A stretch of 64,000 bases of DNA from an uncultured Candidatus Saccharibacteria bacterium (GTDB lineage: Bacteria; Patescibacteriota; Andersenbacteria; UBA10190), in contig CAYJKV010000001.1 of the NCBI GenBank assembly GCA_964371255.1, positions 32,573 to 96,572 on the forward strand. The letters run 5' to 3'. The stretch's first letter is position 1. Each line of letters opens with the position of its first letter. Of the stretch, positions 10,203 to 19,876 are shown piece by piece. Below the pieces are notes generated by a model. The model worked only from the letters and a program-made list of their open reading frames with translations, ran no database searches and was not told the origin of the DNA. The translations under genes and the position numbers were made by a program.

Positions 10203-11300
10203 GTGGTAAGAACAGATAGATTGTTTTATGGTGAGATGACTATGTTCAATAACTCGATCAAAGAAAAATTACCAGAATTATTAGCGGAACTAGAGAAGCA
10301 GCCGCTACGGGTATGTGTTGAGCCAACCAATGCATGTAACGCGTTGTGTTCTTTTTGCGCGAACAAAGATTGCAAGCGTGAGCGCAAGATTATGAATTTT
10401 GAGCAGTACAAAAAAACCTTAGCACAAATTATGGAGACGGGCAGTAAGGAGCTAAAGTTCACACCAATTATCGGTGATCCGTTCGTAGACCCGGGTTTTT
10501 TAGAAAAGGTTAAATATGCTAAATCGCTTAATTATTTCGAAGTAATATACACGTTTTCCAACATGATTGGAGCTAGTTATGAAAAAGCGGACGAGATAGT
10601 TAATAGCGGCTTAACTCAGTTGATGATATCGACTTGTTTACAGGGCCGGGAAGATTATAAGCGCATCTACGGGGTTGATCGATTTGATCAAGCCATGAAA
10701 AATATTTTGACACTACTGGAAGCGAATCATAAATTTGGCAACCCGCTAGACATCAGCCTTTGGTTAAGGCATGACAAGGGCTTTAATTTAAAAGCCAGTC
10801 CTTTCTATCAGAAAATGCTGCGGTATACTAGTAAGATTAATGTGCTTAATGACGATTATGACAACTGGTCCGGCAAAGTTAAGGAAGAGGATTTACCGAA
10901 AGGCCAGAAGTTCAAGAAGAAAAAAGACAATACTTGGCCGTGCGCGCAATACTACAATGGTTTAGTGGTCGGCCCCTCTGGAGAAGTGGGAATGTGTTGG
11001 GCGAGAGATACTGACTTTGAGCTACTGGTGGGCAACATTAACGATCAGAATTTTAAAGAAATATGGCAGGGCGAAAAAGTGCAGGGATTACGTCAACAGT
11101 GGTTAGCTGGGAAGATACCTTATCCCTGCAGCGACTGCTTGCAGTATTGTTCAGTGCTAGAGCACTCACTCGTGCAAAAATATATTTTAAGACACCTGTG
11201 GAAATATCCACAGTTTTTGCCCCAGGTCGCCCGGTCGAAGTGGCTGGCGCTAGTGGAAAGAGTCTTAGGGATGTGGCGACAATGGCGGCAGATTGGCTAA
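10203..11300 (+). CDS. Radical SAM protein with SPASM/twitch domain (true start probably 10236 or 10242)
   Basis: EPTNACNALCSFC (CxxxCxxC); C-terminal C-x-G-x-x-x-C, GNI...EIW, CSDC. Confidence 0.88.
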   Translation: MVRTDRLFYGEMTMFNNSIKEKLPELLAELEKQPLRVCVEPTNACNALCSFCANKDCKRERKIMNFEQYKKTLAQIMETGSKELKFTPIIGDPFVDPGFLEKVKYAKSLNYFEVIYTFSNMIGASYEKADEIVNSGLTQLMISTCLQGREDYKRIYGVDRFDQAMKNILTLLEANHKFGNPLDISLWLRHDKGFNLKASPFYQKMLRYTSKINVLNDDYDNWSGKVKEEDLPKGQKFKKKKDNTWPCAQYYNGLVVGPSGEVGMCWARDTDFELLVGNINDQNFKEIWQGEKVQGLRQQWLAGKIPYPCSDCLQYCSVLEHSLVQKYILRHLWKYPQFLPQVARSKWLALVERVLGMWRQWRQIG

Positions 11301-11331
11301 CTGTTAAGGAAGATTATTAATATATTTATAT

Positions 11332-11724
11332 ATGAAAGGCTATATCGCTAATATTGAGCAGGAAACAATTAATAATAAAGATTACCGCCGGATTTTATAT
11401 ACCGGACGATATACTCAGCTAGTTGTAATGAGTTTGCAAGCTGGTGAAGAAATCGGGAACGAGATGCATGGGCTAGATCAGTTTATACGCATTGAAGAAG
11501 GTCAAGCGAAGGTGGTACTGAATAACGGCGAAACGGTGAAAGATCTTAAAAACGACTGGATGGTTATTGTGCCAGCCGGAACGTGGCATAATATAATTAA
11601 CACTGGCAAGGAACCGCTGAAACTTTATACTTTGTATTCACCACCTGAACACAGGAAAGATGTAGTACAGGCCACCAAGGCTGATGAGAAAGAAGAACAT
11701 TTTGACGGACAGACCACTGAATAA
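11332..11724 (+). CDS. Cupin domain protein
   Basis: QLVVMSL..GEEIGNEMH..DQFIRIEEG, VPAGTWHNIINTG, LYTLYSPPEH. Confidence 0.9.
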   Translation: MKGYIANIEQETINNKDYRRILYTGRYTQLVVMSLQAGEEIGNEMHGLDQFIRIEEGQAKVVLNNGETVKDLKNDWMVIVPAGTWHNIINTGKEPLKLYTLYSPPEHRKDVVQATKADEKEEHFDGQTTE

Positions 11725-11901
11725 AAACTGAGATGGGTGTGTTGGGAAATCTAGGGTAAAAAATATAGGACTAGAAAAATACTGAAACTGAAAAGTTTAC
11801 GCGCTCGCTATTGATCGGAATACTAGTAGCTAGTTAAGGATTGGTGGCTGAAAGGTTTTTTGCAGCAAACAATGGTCTGCTAGGGGTATACTAAAAAGAT
11901 A

Positions 11902-13119
11902 ATGACCAGACGGATAATTGGTAGGGCGATAATAGGCGGAGTGGTTGCGCTAATAGTGTTAGTGTCAGTGGCGCTGTGGTTTGCGTGGGATGGTCTGGCG
12001 GTAGAGAGGTGGATAACAAAAATGAGTCCGGATTTAATGGCCTGTGGGGTAGAAATGGTGCTGTTCAGCGAATGGCCAGCGGACAAGGATAAAGTATCGG
12101 CGATAACACCATTAGGTAGCATGGAGCCTGAAAGCGGAATGGTGTTTCCTCGTGATCGCCTGTTGTGGCATACGGGGGGTAAGGGTGGAGCGAACAACGG
12201 TGATCAGTCGATGCCCGTACAGATAGTGGCACCGGGTAATGGGTGGATAACTAAAGTCGAGGAGATTGAGTGGTGGTCTGGTAACAAAATGACAGAGCGG
12301 GATTTTGTGCTTTATTTTTCCCCCTGTCGAGAAGTGGAAGCTAAATTCAGTCACATACAAATGCTGGCTACCAATATCGATGAGCAGACGAAAGGGATGT
12401 GGAGTGAACAAGTTAGTGATCAGGCAGGTGCGGTAACTGTTCGATCAAGAGAGGCAAAAGTCAAGATTGCAGTGCGGGCAGGGGAGGGTATGGGTCGAGT
12501 TGGTGGAACAGAGCGCTCCCAGGCTTTTGATTGGGGTATGACAGACGAGAGAGGCAAAACCTTTAATCTTGCGAGTGCAACGCCTAAGGAATATCAAGCA
12601 GATTACACAGTTTGCCCGTTGGATTACTACGGGGGAGGGGTGCGGCGAGAATTGGAGAAATTGTTGGGAGATGGTCAAAAAACTAGAGAAATCATGCCGG
12701 TTTGTGGCTGGATAGACAAAAATATCGTGGGCACTTTGCAAGGCAGGTGGCGAGCAGAAAAGACGGCCCCGGGCGTGGGGGAGGATCAGCATGTGGCACT
12801 GGTGCATGATGAGATTGAGCCGCAGAAGCCTGTAATTAGCATGGGGACATCACTGCGGAAGAGCGGTTTGAAGGCCGGCTTGTATTATTTTCAAACAATG
12901 GAGACGGGCTATGTAAACAGAGATTTTGGCACGGTGACGGAGCAGGGGCAAGTTTATTGTTATCAGGGGATACGCGATGACCGGGGACAAATCGTACAAA
13001 GAATCGTGTTAATTGAACTGGTGGACGATAAATCTCTGCGCATGGAAGCGAGGCCGGGTTTTAGCTGTGCGGCCAATAATTATAATTTTTCTGACAGGAT
13101 GACAGCTTTTGAGCGTTAA
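11902..13119 (+). CDS. Secreted/membrane-anchored hypothetical protein with a weakly M23-like region
   Basis: N-terminal TM; IVAPGNGWI..., VRAGEGMG, VCPLDYY; catalytic His motifs not clear. Confidence 0.65.
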   Translation: MTRRIIGRAIIGGVVALIVLVSVALWFAWDGLAVERWITKMSPDLMACGVEMVLFSEWPADKDKVSAITPLGSMEPESGMVFPRDRLLWHTGGKGGANNGDQSMPVQIVAPGNGWITKVEEIEWWSGNKMTERDFVLYFSPCREVEAKFSHIQMLATNIDEQTKGMWSEQVSDQAGAVTVRSREAKVKIAVRAGEGMGRVGGTERSQAFDWGMTDERGKTFNLASATPKEYQADYTVCPLDYYGGGVRRELEKLLGDGQKTREIMPVCGWIDKNIVGTLQGRWRAEKTAPGVGEDQHVALVHDEIEPQKPVISMGTSLRKSGLKAGLYYFQTMETGYVNRDFGTVTEQGQVYCYQGIRDDRGQIVQRIVLIELVDDKSLRMEARPGFSCAANNYNFSDRMTAFER

Positions 13120-13154
13120 CAGGCTTGGATAAATTTTATGTTATGATAGGGCAC

Positions 13155-13646
13155 ATGAAGGAACAAACCAAAAAATTGCGGGTGGGATGGTTTACCTTCA
13201 CTTGCTGTGAGGATTCGACAATAGTTTTTACAGAAGTTTTAAATGATTATTGGCAGGAATGGCGCAAGCGCATTGATTTTGTGCACGCGAGGATTTTGCA
13301 GGCAAAAAACTCGGAGGGGGAGTTAGATGTAGCATTTATTGAAGGGGCAATTTCCTCGGCAGAACAAAAGCAAAGATTAGAGAAGATTAGAAAGCAAGCG
13401 CAGTGGGTGGTGGCCGTGGGATCATGTGCGGTGGTGGGTATGCCCTCGGCGCAGCGTAACCAATTTGACGAAAAAACTAAACAAGAAATTGGCTTTATTT
13501 TAGAAAGATTTCATCACTTAGAGCACGTCATGTCTGTCAAGGACGTGGTCAAGGTGGAAGCGGAGTTGCCAGGTTGTCCGATGGATCCGAAGCAGTTTGT
13601 GGCGGTGGTCAATAAGGCGCTGGAGCATTTTGGCGTTGTTTCTTAA
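13155..13646 (+). CDS. [NiFe]-hydrogenase small subunit, short form (group 3b delta/HoxY-like)
   Basis: TCCEDS, DVAFIEGAI, VAVGSCA, LPGCP; only the proximal-cluster domain; start moved to 13155. Confidence 0.85.
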   Translation: MKEQTKKLRVGWFTFTCCEDSTIVFTEVLNDYWQEWRKRIDFVHARILQAKNSEGELDVAFIEGAISSAEQKQRLEKIRKQAQWVVAVGSCAVVGMPSAQRNQFDEKTKQEIGFILERFHHLEHVMSVKDVVKVEAELPGCPMDPKQFVAVVNKALEHFGVVS

Positions 13647-13660
13647 AGCAAAGCACTAAT

Positions 13661-14956
13661 ATGCATACGATAGATTTAGACTTGTCCTTGGATGAGGTGA
13701 CAAAAGTGGAAGGAGCAGCAAAATTAGCAGTGAAGGTTCGCCGAGGCAAGGTTGAAAAATGCACTTTCGCGATTACTGAATATAAAAGATTTTACACGCA
13801 GGCCATGCGGGGAAAAATGTATAAGTCACTGCCGCAGCTGCTAATGAGGATTTGCGGTACTTGTTCTAACGCTCACCTGCTGGCTTCCATTGAGTCTTGT
13901 GAAAAGGCGCTGGGATATGACGTATCAGGACAAACTAAGATTATGAAGAATTTGACGGTAGATGGTTTATTAATTCGGGATCACGCGTTACATCTGTATT
14001 TATTCGCTTTGCCAGATCTGTATGGCAAGGACAATTTCCTGTCTTTAGACGACCAGGACGAGGAGCAACACCAGCATCTGCATGATGCTTTCGCCATCAA
14101 AGCAGCAGGGAATTATTTAGCGCAAATTATTGCTGGCCGCAGCGTCCACGCGATCAATCCGGTGATTGGCGGTTTTCTAAAAGTACCGTTGCAGGAAGAA
14201 GTAGATGAAGCAATTCGGTCGTTGGTTGAGATCAGGCCGGCGGTGCTGCGGTTAATTAATACGTTTGCCAAGTGTGACTGGCATTTTGATCGGCAGACTA
14301 ATTATATGGCGTTAGTGAGCAATCCCTATGGCTATTTGGAAGGACAAATTAAAGACAATCATGGCAAGGTTATTCCGGAAGATCTATACCGTGATCATCT
14401 GGAACGGGTGGTACTGCCTTACTCCCAAGCGTCTGGCTATACGTATCAGGGGGAGTCTTTTATGGTGGGAGCGCTGGCCCGAATGAATTTGTCCAAAGAA
14501 ACATTGCACGCAGACACTAAAAAGGATGCGGCTAAAGCGTTAGAAAGGTTTCCGTCCACTAATATTTATGACAATAACCTGGCTCAGGCGATTGAGATAT
14601 TAAATGCCATGGACACGGCCGAGTATCTGCTTAGAACAACTAAGTTTAAAGCAGAGAAACCAGCCGAACCGACAAAAAAAGAGGGTGTAGGCGTGGGGGT
14701 AGTGGAAGCACCAAGGGGGACATTATATCATCGGGTTGAAATTGAGACGGATGGCAAAGTGTCGCAAGGCACTATCGTCGTACCAACCGGGCAGAATCAG
14801 ATCAATATCGAACAGGACTTAGCGAGTGTAGCTGAGCAGAAGATAAGCGAGGGGAAAAACAAGGATGAAATTCAATTTGAGATGGAAAAACTGATCCGAG
14901 CTTATGATCCGTGCATGAGCTGCGCGGCGCATTTTTTGGAAGTTAAATGGAACTGA
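13661..14956 (+). CDS. [NiFe]-hydrogenase large subunit (group 3b-related)
   Basis: KVEG, L1 RICGTCSNAH, EAPRGTLYH, L2 RAYDPCMSCAAH plus a 7-aa C-terminal extension. Confidence 0.92.
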   Translation: MHTIDLDLSLDEVTKVEGAAKLAVKVRRGKVEKCTFAITEYKRFYTQAMRGKMYKSLPQLLMRICGTCSNAHLLASIESCEKALGYDVSGQTKIMKNLTVDGLLIRDHALHLYLFALPDLYGKDNFLSLDDQDEEQHQHLHDAFAIKAAGNYLAQIIAGRSVHAINPVIGGFLKVPLQEEVDEAIRSLVEIRPAVLRLINTFAKCDWHFDRQTNYMALVSNPYGYLEGQIKDNHGKVIPEDLYRDHLERVVLPYSQASGYTYQGESFMVGALARMNLSKETLHADTKKDAAKALERFPSTNIYDNNLAQAIEILNAMDTAEYLLRTTKFKAEKPAEPTKKEGVGVGVVEAPRGTLYHRVEIETDGKVSQGTIVVPTGQNQINIEQDLASVAEQKISEGKNKDEIQFEMEKLIRAYDPCMSCAAHFLEVKWN

Positions 14957-15332
14957 CTTGATTGAGCTTTCTAATGACAGCAGCTAGAGCTGCTGGCGGG
15001 GTGATGCGGACTGGTAGACCAATAATTATAAACGGTGGCAGGCGGTTTAACTTGGCGAGCCAACGTAAGTTAGTGATCAGGTCGAAGTCATGGAGCGTGA
15101 CGCGGGGGGAAAGCTTGAAAGCGTCGAGCGATCGAAAAGTCTGAGGAGATTTCAGGCCTTTAATAGTATCGATGATTATCAGCCGCGAGGGTAGGGTCCA
15201 TTCTTCGTGAGGGTCCTTAACAATGAACTCAAATTGAGGAAGTTTTTGTTGGAGGGTTGGCAGAATGCGCAGGGGTAAAGCGTCGGGGGGGAAGTCGGGA
15301 TTACCGAAGACCCAAACTGGTTGCCGTTTCAT
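14943..15332 (-). CDS. Hydrogenase maturation protease-like protein (HyaD/HycI fold)
   Basis: VFGNP...D, LIIIDT, TLHDF motifs; adjacent to a large subunit with a cleavable tail. Confidence 0.7.
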   Translation of the reverse strand: MKRQPVWVFGNPDFPPDALPLRILPTLQQKLPQFEFIVKDPHEEWTLPSRLIIIDTIKGLKSPQTFRSLDAFKLSPRVTLHDFDLITNLRWLAKLNRLPPFIIIGLPVRITPPAALAAVIRKLNQVSSI

Positions 15333-15344
15333 AATGATTTAAAC

Positions 15345-15377
15345 TCCCGATGTCCACACCTGGTGTGGACATCGGGA
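15345..15377. repeat. Perfect 16-bp inverted repeat with 1-nt centre
   Basis: tcccgatgtccacacc-t-ggtgtggacatcggga. Confidence 0.9.
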
Positions 15378-15382
15378 AGGGA

Positions 15383-16150
15383 TTAGAGGGTTTGGTTAGC
15401 GAGGTTAATTGATAAGGCTGTGTATTTCTTGAGGTTAGCTAGTTGGCGGGCAGAAATGATATCGCAAGGCGTATCCCAGTGTAAGGATATAATATCGTTG
15501 ACTTGCAGGCGGTCGAAGGTGGGGAGGGCAGTAAAGGGACGGACTATTTGCTGAGTAATAGCGGTGCCGAGAGATAGTTTTTGGTGATGCAGAGTTAATG
15601 GTTGGCGAGTAATAGTTAGCAGCGGACCATTGATGGCCGTTACTTGTCCCCAAGAAATGAGACACTGATCGAGGCTAGCTAATGTGTGGTCGACGTTATG
15701 ATGGCCAGTACGGCGCCAGACATTTAAGACATGAAAGGAATGATGCATGAGCGCACCCCGCGTGAGTTTGTCTTTAAGGCGATCCATGGCTGGACCGGAG
15801 GGGAGGGGCCGGAGATGGTTTGTAATATGTCGATAAAAAGTTTTGGCGGGAATCGTGTCGAGCAAGTGGTTGCCCAGCCAGTAAGCTTCAACGACGCGGT
15901 AATCAAATGGGTCTTTGATATGATTAGCGGCGGCAATTTGCTGGAGGTAAGGAAAAAGGGTCTGAAATTTGGCAACGATATTGGTGAGTCCGGAATCGAC
16001 AGCTCCAGCGTTGATGTAGCTTAATACTTCCTGGTTCATATCCGGTCCGCAGAGGTGGAGACGGTTCGGACCAAAAGCATAACGCGTGCAAACGGCTACA
16101 CCGTCGCGGACCGGCTGATGGCGCGAAGAGACAGCCTGTCTTGCGATCAT
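15383..16150 (-). CDS. DUF6390-like protein
   Basis: RYAFGPNRLHLCGP, VVEAYWLGN, HHSFHV, CLISWG, SLHWD motifs recalled for this family. Confidence 0.7.
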   Translation of the reverse strand: MIARQAVSSRHQPVRDGVAVCTRYAFGPNRLHLCGPDMNQEVLSYINAGAVDSGLTNIVAKFQTLFPYLQQIAAANHIKDPFDYRVVEAYWLGNHLLDTIPAKTFYRHITNHLRPLPSGPAMDRLKDKLTRGALMHHSFHVLNVWRRTGHHNVDHTLASLDQCLISWGQVTAINGPLLTITRQPLTLHHQKLSLGTAITQQIVRPFTALPTFDRLQVNDIISLHWDTPCDIISARQLANLKKYTALSINLANQTL

Positions 16151-17070
16151 GGGTGCGGCGAATAATCAGGTTGGGGGCGATGATGAGCGGGTAAATTACC
16201 AGCGCGGGAAATAATAAGGATGGTGCCTAGACTGATCAGGGCGGTGCTTAGCAACTGCAGGGACGGAAAAGTGTGAGTGATGAAAATGGCAGTGAGGATG
16301 TTGGTGACAAGAGTGGCTGGTACTAGCAGGCTGGCGACTAATACGGCTGGAGCATACTTAAGGGCGGTGTACCAGGTGACGACGTAGCCGGTAAGCAATA
16401 GGCCGGTGAGAATAGTCCAACTCCATTGCGCGGGCGAGAGAGTGAGAATGACGCTGGTTTTGTGTTGAGCAATTAGCACTAGACTGATGACAATGGAGCC
16501 AATTAACATGCGGGTGCTGGCGACCAATAAACTGGAGCAACTATTTAATACTTTCTTGGATATGATATTTTCAATCGCCCACAGCAGGGTGGCGCCGAGA
16601 ACCATAAATTCACCAATGTGACCGGTAAAGCGCGGGATGCCAAATAGTCCTAAGTTACCGATTAGTAATAAACACAGGGCGCCCAGTTGCAGCCAGCTAA
16701 TCTTTTCCTTAAGGAAGGGTACGGCGAGCAGGGCAACCCAGAGAAAAAGTGTCTTATGAATAAAAGCTGCCTGGGCGACCGGAATGAGCGATAGGCCAGT
16801 AAAGAAAAGAATAAAAGGAACTCCACCGCCCAATATACCGATAAATAGCAGCTGAATAATTTGTGGTTTTCGCAGGAGTTTAATTTCGCGCCAGCGACTG
16901 GTGATTAAAATAGCACTGAGTAGTAAAAGGACTGTAATGGCATTTTTAAGGAAGGTGAAGACTATTGGATCCGCAACGGTTGTGACTGCGATCTTGGATA
17001 AAAAATTGTTGGTTCCGGAAATGAAAGCCGTTACCAGACCTAAGATTATGGCAAGCTTTAGTTTGGTCAT
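16147..17070 (-). CDS. DMT/EamA family transporter (10 TM)
   Basis: Duplicated EamA pattern, LFFTGL, PFLKEKI. Confidence 0.85.
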   Translation of the reverse strand: MTKLKLAIILGLVTAFISGTNNFLSKIAVTTVADPIVFTFLKNAITVLLLLSAILITSRWREIKLLRKPQIIQLLFIGILGGGVPFILFFTGLSLIPVAQAAFIHKTLFLWVALLAVPFLKEKISWLQLGALCLLLIGNLGLFGIPRFTGHIGEFMVLGATLLWAIENIISKKVLNSCSSLLVASTRMLIGSIVISLVLIAQHKTSVILTLSPAQWSWTILTGLLLTGYVVTWYTALKYAPAVLVASLLVPATLVTNILTAIFITHTFPSLQLLSTALISLGTILIISRAGNLPAHHRPQPDYSPHP

Positions 17071-17076
17071 AGAAGC

Positions 17077-18315
17077 CTAGGTGGGAATAAGCTTATTGAG
17101 GTCAAAATTAGAATCGGCTAGCTCAGATTTTTTATCGGCAATGTTTGTATTACTAGCGATTATTTTGCTAATGGCTTGCAGGATAGGTGTTTGGTTGATT
17201 AAGACGGCACCGACCACTTGATCGCTGACGGTAATAATTTGAGCGTGCTGGTTGGCGGATAGTCCGTGGCGAATGATGGTCGAAATCGTCTTTTGCGGAC
17301 TGACGTTGCCAATAAAGGTAATAGAAGTATCGAAGCCGTGAGAAGTATAAAAAGAGACGAAGGTGAAGGGTGTTTTAGCGCCTAACATATTCAAACCGGC
17401 GATCCGGCCTTGCTCTTGGGCGTTAACCCAGTTACCGAGTTGCACCTCTTCTTCGAGAATCGGATCAGAAAATTGTGATACGTCGCCGGCGGTCCAAACG
17501 TCTGGCAGATTAGTTTGCAAGTGTTGGTCAGCGAGGATGCCACGGTCTATTTTAATACCTGAATCCTTGACCCAATCAATATTACAACAGGCACCGATCC
17601 CGCAAATAACTGCATCACAGGGAATGGAAGTGCCGTCCTGCAAAGTGACCCCGGTCACATTAATGTTGCCATCGATATGAGTGACCTGAGCGCGTCGGAT
17701 CATTTTAACTCCGTTTTGTTCAATAGCTTGTTCAACGATCTGACTGGCGGTCTCATCCAGGATGGATTCCCAAAACCGGTTTTCCCGGATGATAATAGTT
17801 ACCTCTGCCCCGGACATACGCATAATATTGGCCATTTCAAAACTGATAAAACCGCCACCCACGGCCACGGCACGCTTAACTGTGCTAACCGATTCAATAA
17901 TTCCTTTGCCTTGGTCAAGGGTGCGCAGATAATGGACCCCGCGTTTTTCAATACCAGGCACGGCGAGGGGTCGAGGCGATGTGCCCGTGGCTAAGAGTAG
18001 CTTGTCGTACTTAATACCAGAATTGTCGTCCAGATGGATCAGCTTGTCTTGGTGGTCTAAGCTAGTAACGGTTCGGCCGCCGATAAAAGTGATGTTTTTG
18101 TCTTGATACCAGTTCTCATCGCGCAACCAAATTTGGTCAAAAGGAATTTTTCCCAGAAAAAAATTGGGTTTCGACAGCATGATGCGGGAATACAGGTAGT
18201 GCGGCTCGTCGCTAATAATCGCTATAGTGCCGGTGGAGTCATGTTGACGAATAGTACCGGCCGCGGTAGTGCCGGCCACACCGCCTCCGACAATTACATA
18301 TTTATATTCCGGCAT
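17077..18315 (-). CDS. FAD/NAD(P)-dependent oxidoreductase (ferredoxin/rubredoxin reductase family)
   Basis: IVGGGVAG, YDKLLLATG, VGGGFISFE, VWTAGDV, WVNAQEQGRIAG. Confidence 0.9.
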   Translation of the reverse strand: MPEYKYVIVGGGVAGTTAAGTIRQHDSTGTIAIISDEPHYLYSRIMLSKPNFFLGKIPFDQIWLRDENWYQDKNITFIGGRTVTSLDHQDKLIHLDDNSGIKYDKLLLATGTSPRPLAVPGIEKRGVHYLRTLDQGKGIIESVSTVKRAVAVGGGFISFEMANIMRMSGAEVTIIIRENRFWESILDETASQIVEQAIEQNGVKMIRRAQVTHIDGNINVTGVTLQDGTSIPCDAVICGIGACCNIDWVKDSGIKIDRGILADQHLQTNLPDVWTAGDVSQFSDPILEEEVQLGNWVNAQEQGRIAGLNMLGAKTPFTFVSFYTSHGFDTSITFIGNVSPQKTISTIIRHGLSANQHAQIITVSDQVVGAVLINQTPILQAISKIIASNTNIADKKSELADSNFDLNKLIPT

Positions 18316-18318
18316 GGA

Positions 18319-18573
18319 TTAACTAACTAGTTGGCCATCCTTGTCGTAGAGGGATATGGCCTTGGTGGGGCAGGCTTGGGCCGAGGCAATTAAAGCGTCA
18401 TCATCAGGCGCATTGGCGTCCTTAACAACAACCTTATTCTCGTTGTCCATTTCATAAGCAGCTGCAACCGGTGCCAGGCATGATTGAGCACCAATACACA
18501 AGTCGCGGTCGACGACGATCTTGGCGATTTTTGAACCTGCTTTATTGCGTAGATATTCTATTTGGTTGGACAT
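18319..18573 (-). CDS. Ferredoxin, probably [3Fe-4S] type (start moved to 18573)
   Basis: VDRDLCIGAQSC...CPTKAI (CxxAxxC...CP). Confidence 0.88.
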   Translation of the reverse strand: MSNQIEYLRNKAGSKIAKIVVDRDLCIGAQSCLAPVAAAYEMDNENKVVVKDANAPDDDALIASAQACPTKAISLYDKDGQLVS

Positions 18574-18637
18574 AAAAAAATAATGAAAGATAAATAGGGT
18601 TGCGTTTAAATATATTATAGCCATAGTAGTAAAGTAT

Positions 18638-19831
18638 ATGCGAGTTTATCTTGACCACGCGGCCACCACCGCTTGTGATAATGAGGTGATGCAAGCGATG
18701 CAGCCTTATTGGCAAACGAAGTTTGGTAACCCATCGTCGCCTTATGGTATGGGCGGGGAGGCGGAAGAGGCTTTGCAAACAGCCAGACAACAAGTGGCGG
18801 ATTTGATAGGGGGAAGTCGCGATGAAATTGTCTTCGTGGGAAGCGGGACAGCGAGCGATAACATGGCTGTCAAGGGGGTAGCGTTCAAGTGGCAAAATAA
18901 AGGACGACATATTATTACGACACAAATTGAGCATCCGGCCGTACTGGAAAGTTGTCGCTGGCTGAATAAACAGGGATTTGAAATAACGTATCTGCCGGTC
19001 GATGCGTGGGGGGTCGTGCAATTAAGTGAATTAAGAAAGGCGATCCGGGATGATACCATTTTAGTGTCGGTCATGCATGGTAATAATGAGGTCGGCTCCC
19101 TACAGCCGATTGAGCAGATTAGCAAAATCACGCGGGAAAAGGGAGTTTATCTGCACGTTGACGCAGTGCAAACGGGCGGCAGCGTACCGATCGACGTTAA
19201 AAAATTAGGAGTTGATTTGTTAAGTTTATCAGCCCATAAACTTTACGGGCCCAAGGGCGTGGGCGTGTTATATATCAGAAAGGGCGTAACTTTGGATCCA
19301 TGGCTGCATGGCGGCCAGCAGGAGAATCGGTGGCGTGCCTCGACACAAAATGTGCCGGGCATTGTCGGTTTTGGACGGGCGGCAGAATTGGCGCGGGAAA
19401 GAATGACGAAGGATTCGGTCCGGATGGCTACATTACGAGCTAAGCTGCAGAACGGCCTGGTCAGTCGCATACCAGATATTAAAATCAATGGCCATCCGAC
19501 GGACCGGGTGCCAAATAATTTGAATATTTCAGTGGTCGGGGTAGAGGGAGAAGGGATGGTATTATACTTAGATACGGCAGGGGTAATGTGTTCGACCGGT
19601 TCCGCGTGTTCATCGCACAATTTACAGCCATCACATGTTTTATTAGCGATGGGTTTAAAACATGAAGTAGCTCATGGTTCGTTACGGTTTACATTAGGGC
19701 GAGAAACAACGACTCAACAAATAGATTATGTGCTGGAAGTTTTACCGCCGATTGTGAGTAGGTTACGGTCTATGTCGCCATTGGTGCAGACGCAGGCCGG
19801 CCAACCGAAGATAATGGTCGGCGCTCACTAG
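18638..19831 (+). CDS. iscS: Cysteine desulfurase IscS/NifS
   Basis: YLDHAATT, GNPSS, SAHKLYGPKG, STGSACSS. Confidence 0.95.
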   Translation: MRVYLDHAATTACDNEVMQAMQPYWQTKFGNPSSPYGMGGEAEEALQTARQQVADLIGGSRDEIVFVGSGTASDNMAVKGVAFKWQNKGRHIITTQIEHPAVLESCRWLNKQGFEITYLPVDAWGVVQLSELRKAIRDDTILVSVMHGNNEVGSLQPIEQISKITREKGVYLHVDAVQTGGSVPIDVKKLGVDLLSLSAHKLYGPKGVGVLYIRKGVTLDPWLHGGQQENRWRASTQNVPGIVGFGRAAELARERMTKDSVRMATLRAKLQNGLVSRIPDIKINGHPTDRVPNNLNISVVGVEGEGMVLYLDTAGVMCSTGSACSSHNLQPSHVLLAMGLKHEVAHGSLRFTLGRETTTQQIDYVLEVLPPIVSRLRSMSPLVQTQAGQPKIMVGAH

Positions 19832-19876
19832 CTAAAAATTGCGTGTCAGGATAGTTGACTATTAAAATAGGCTCAT

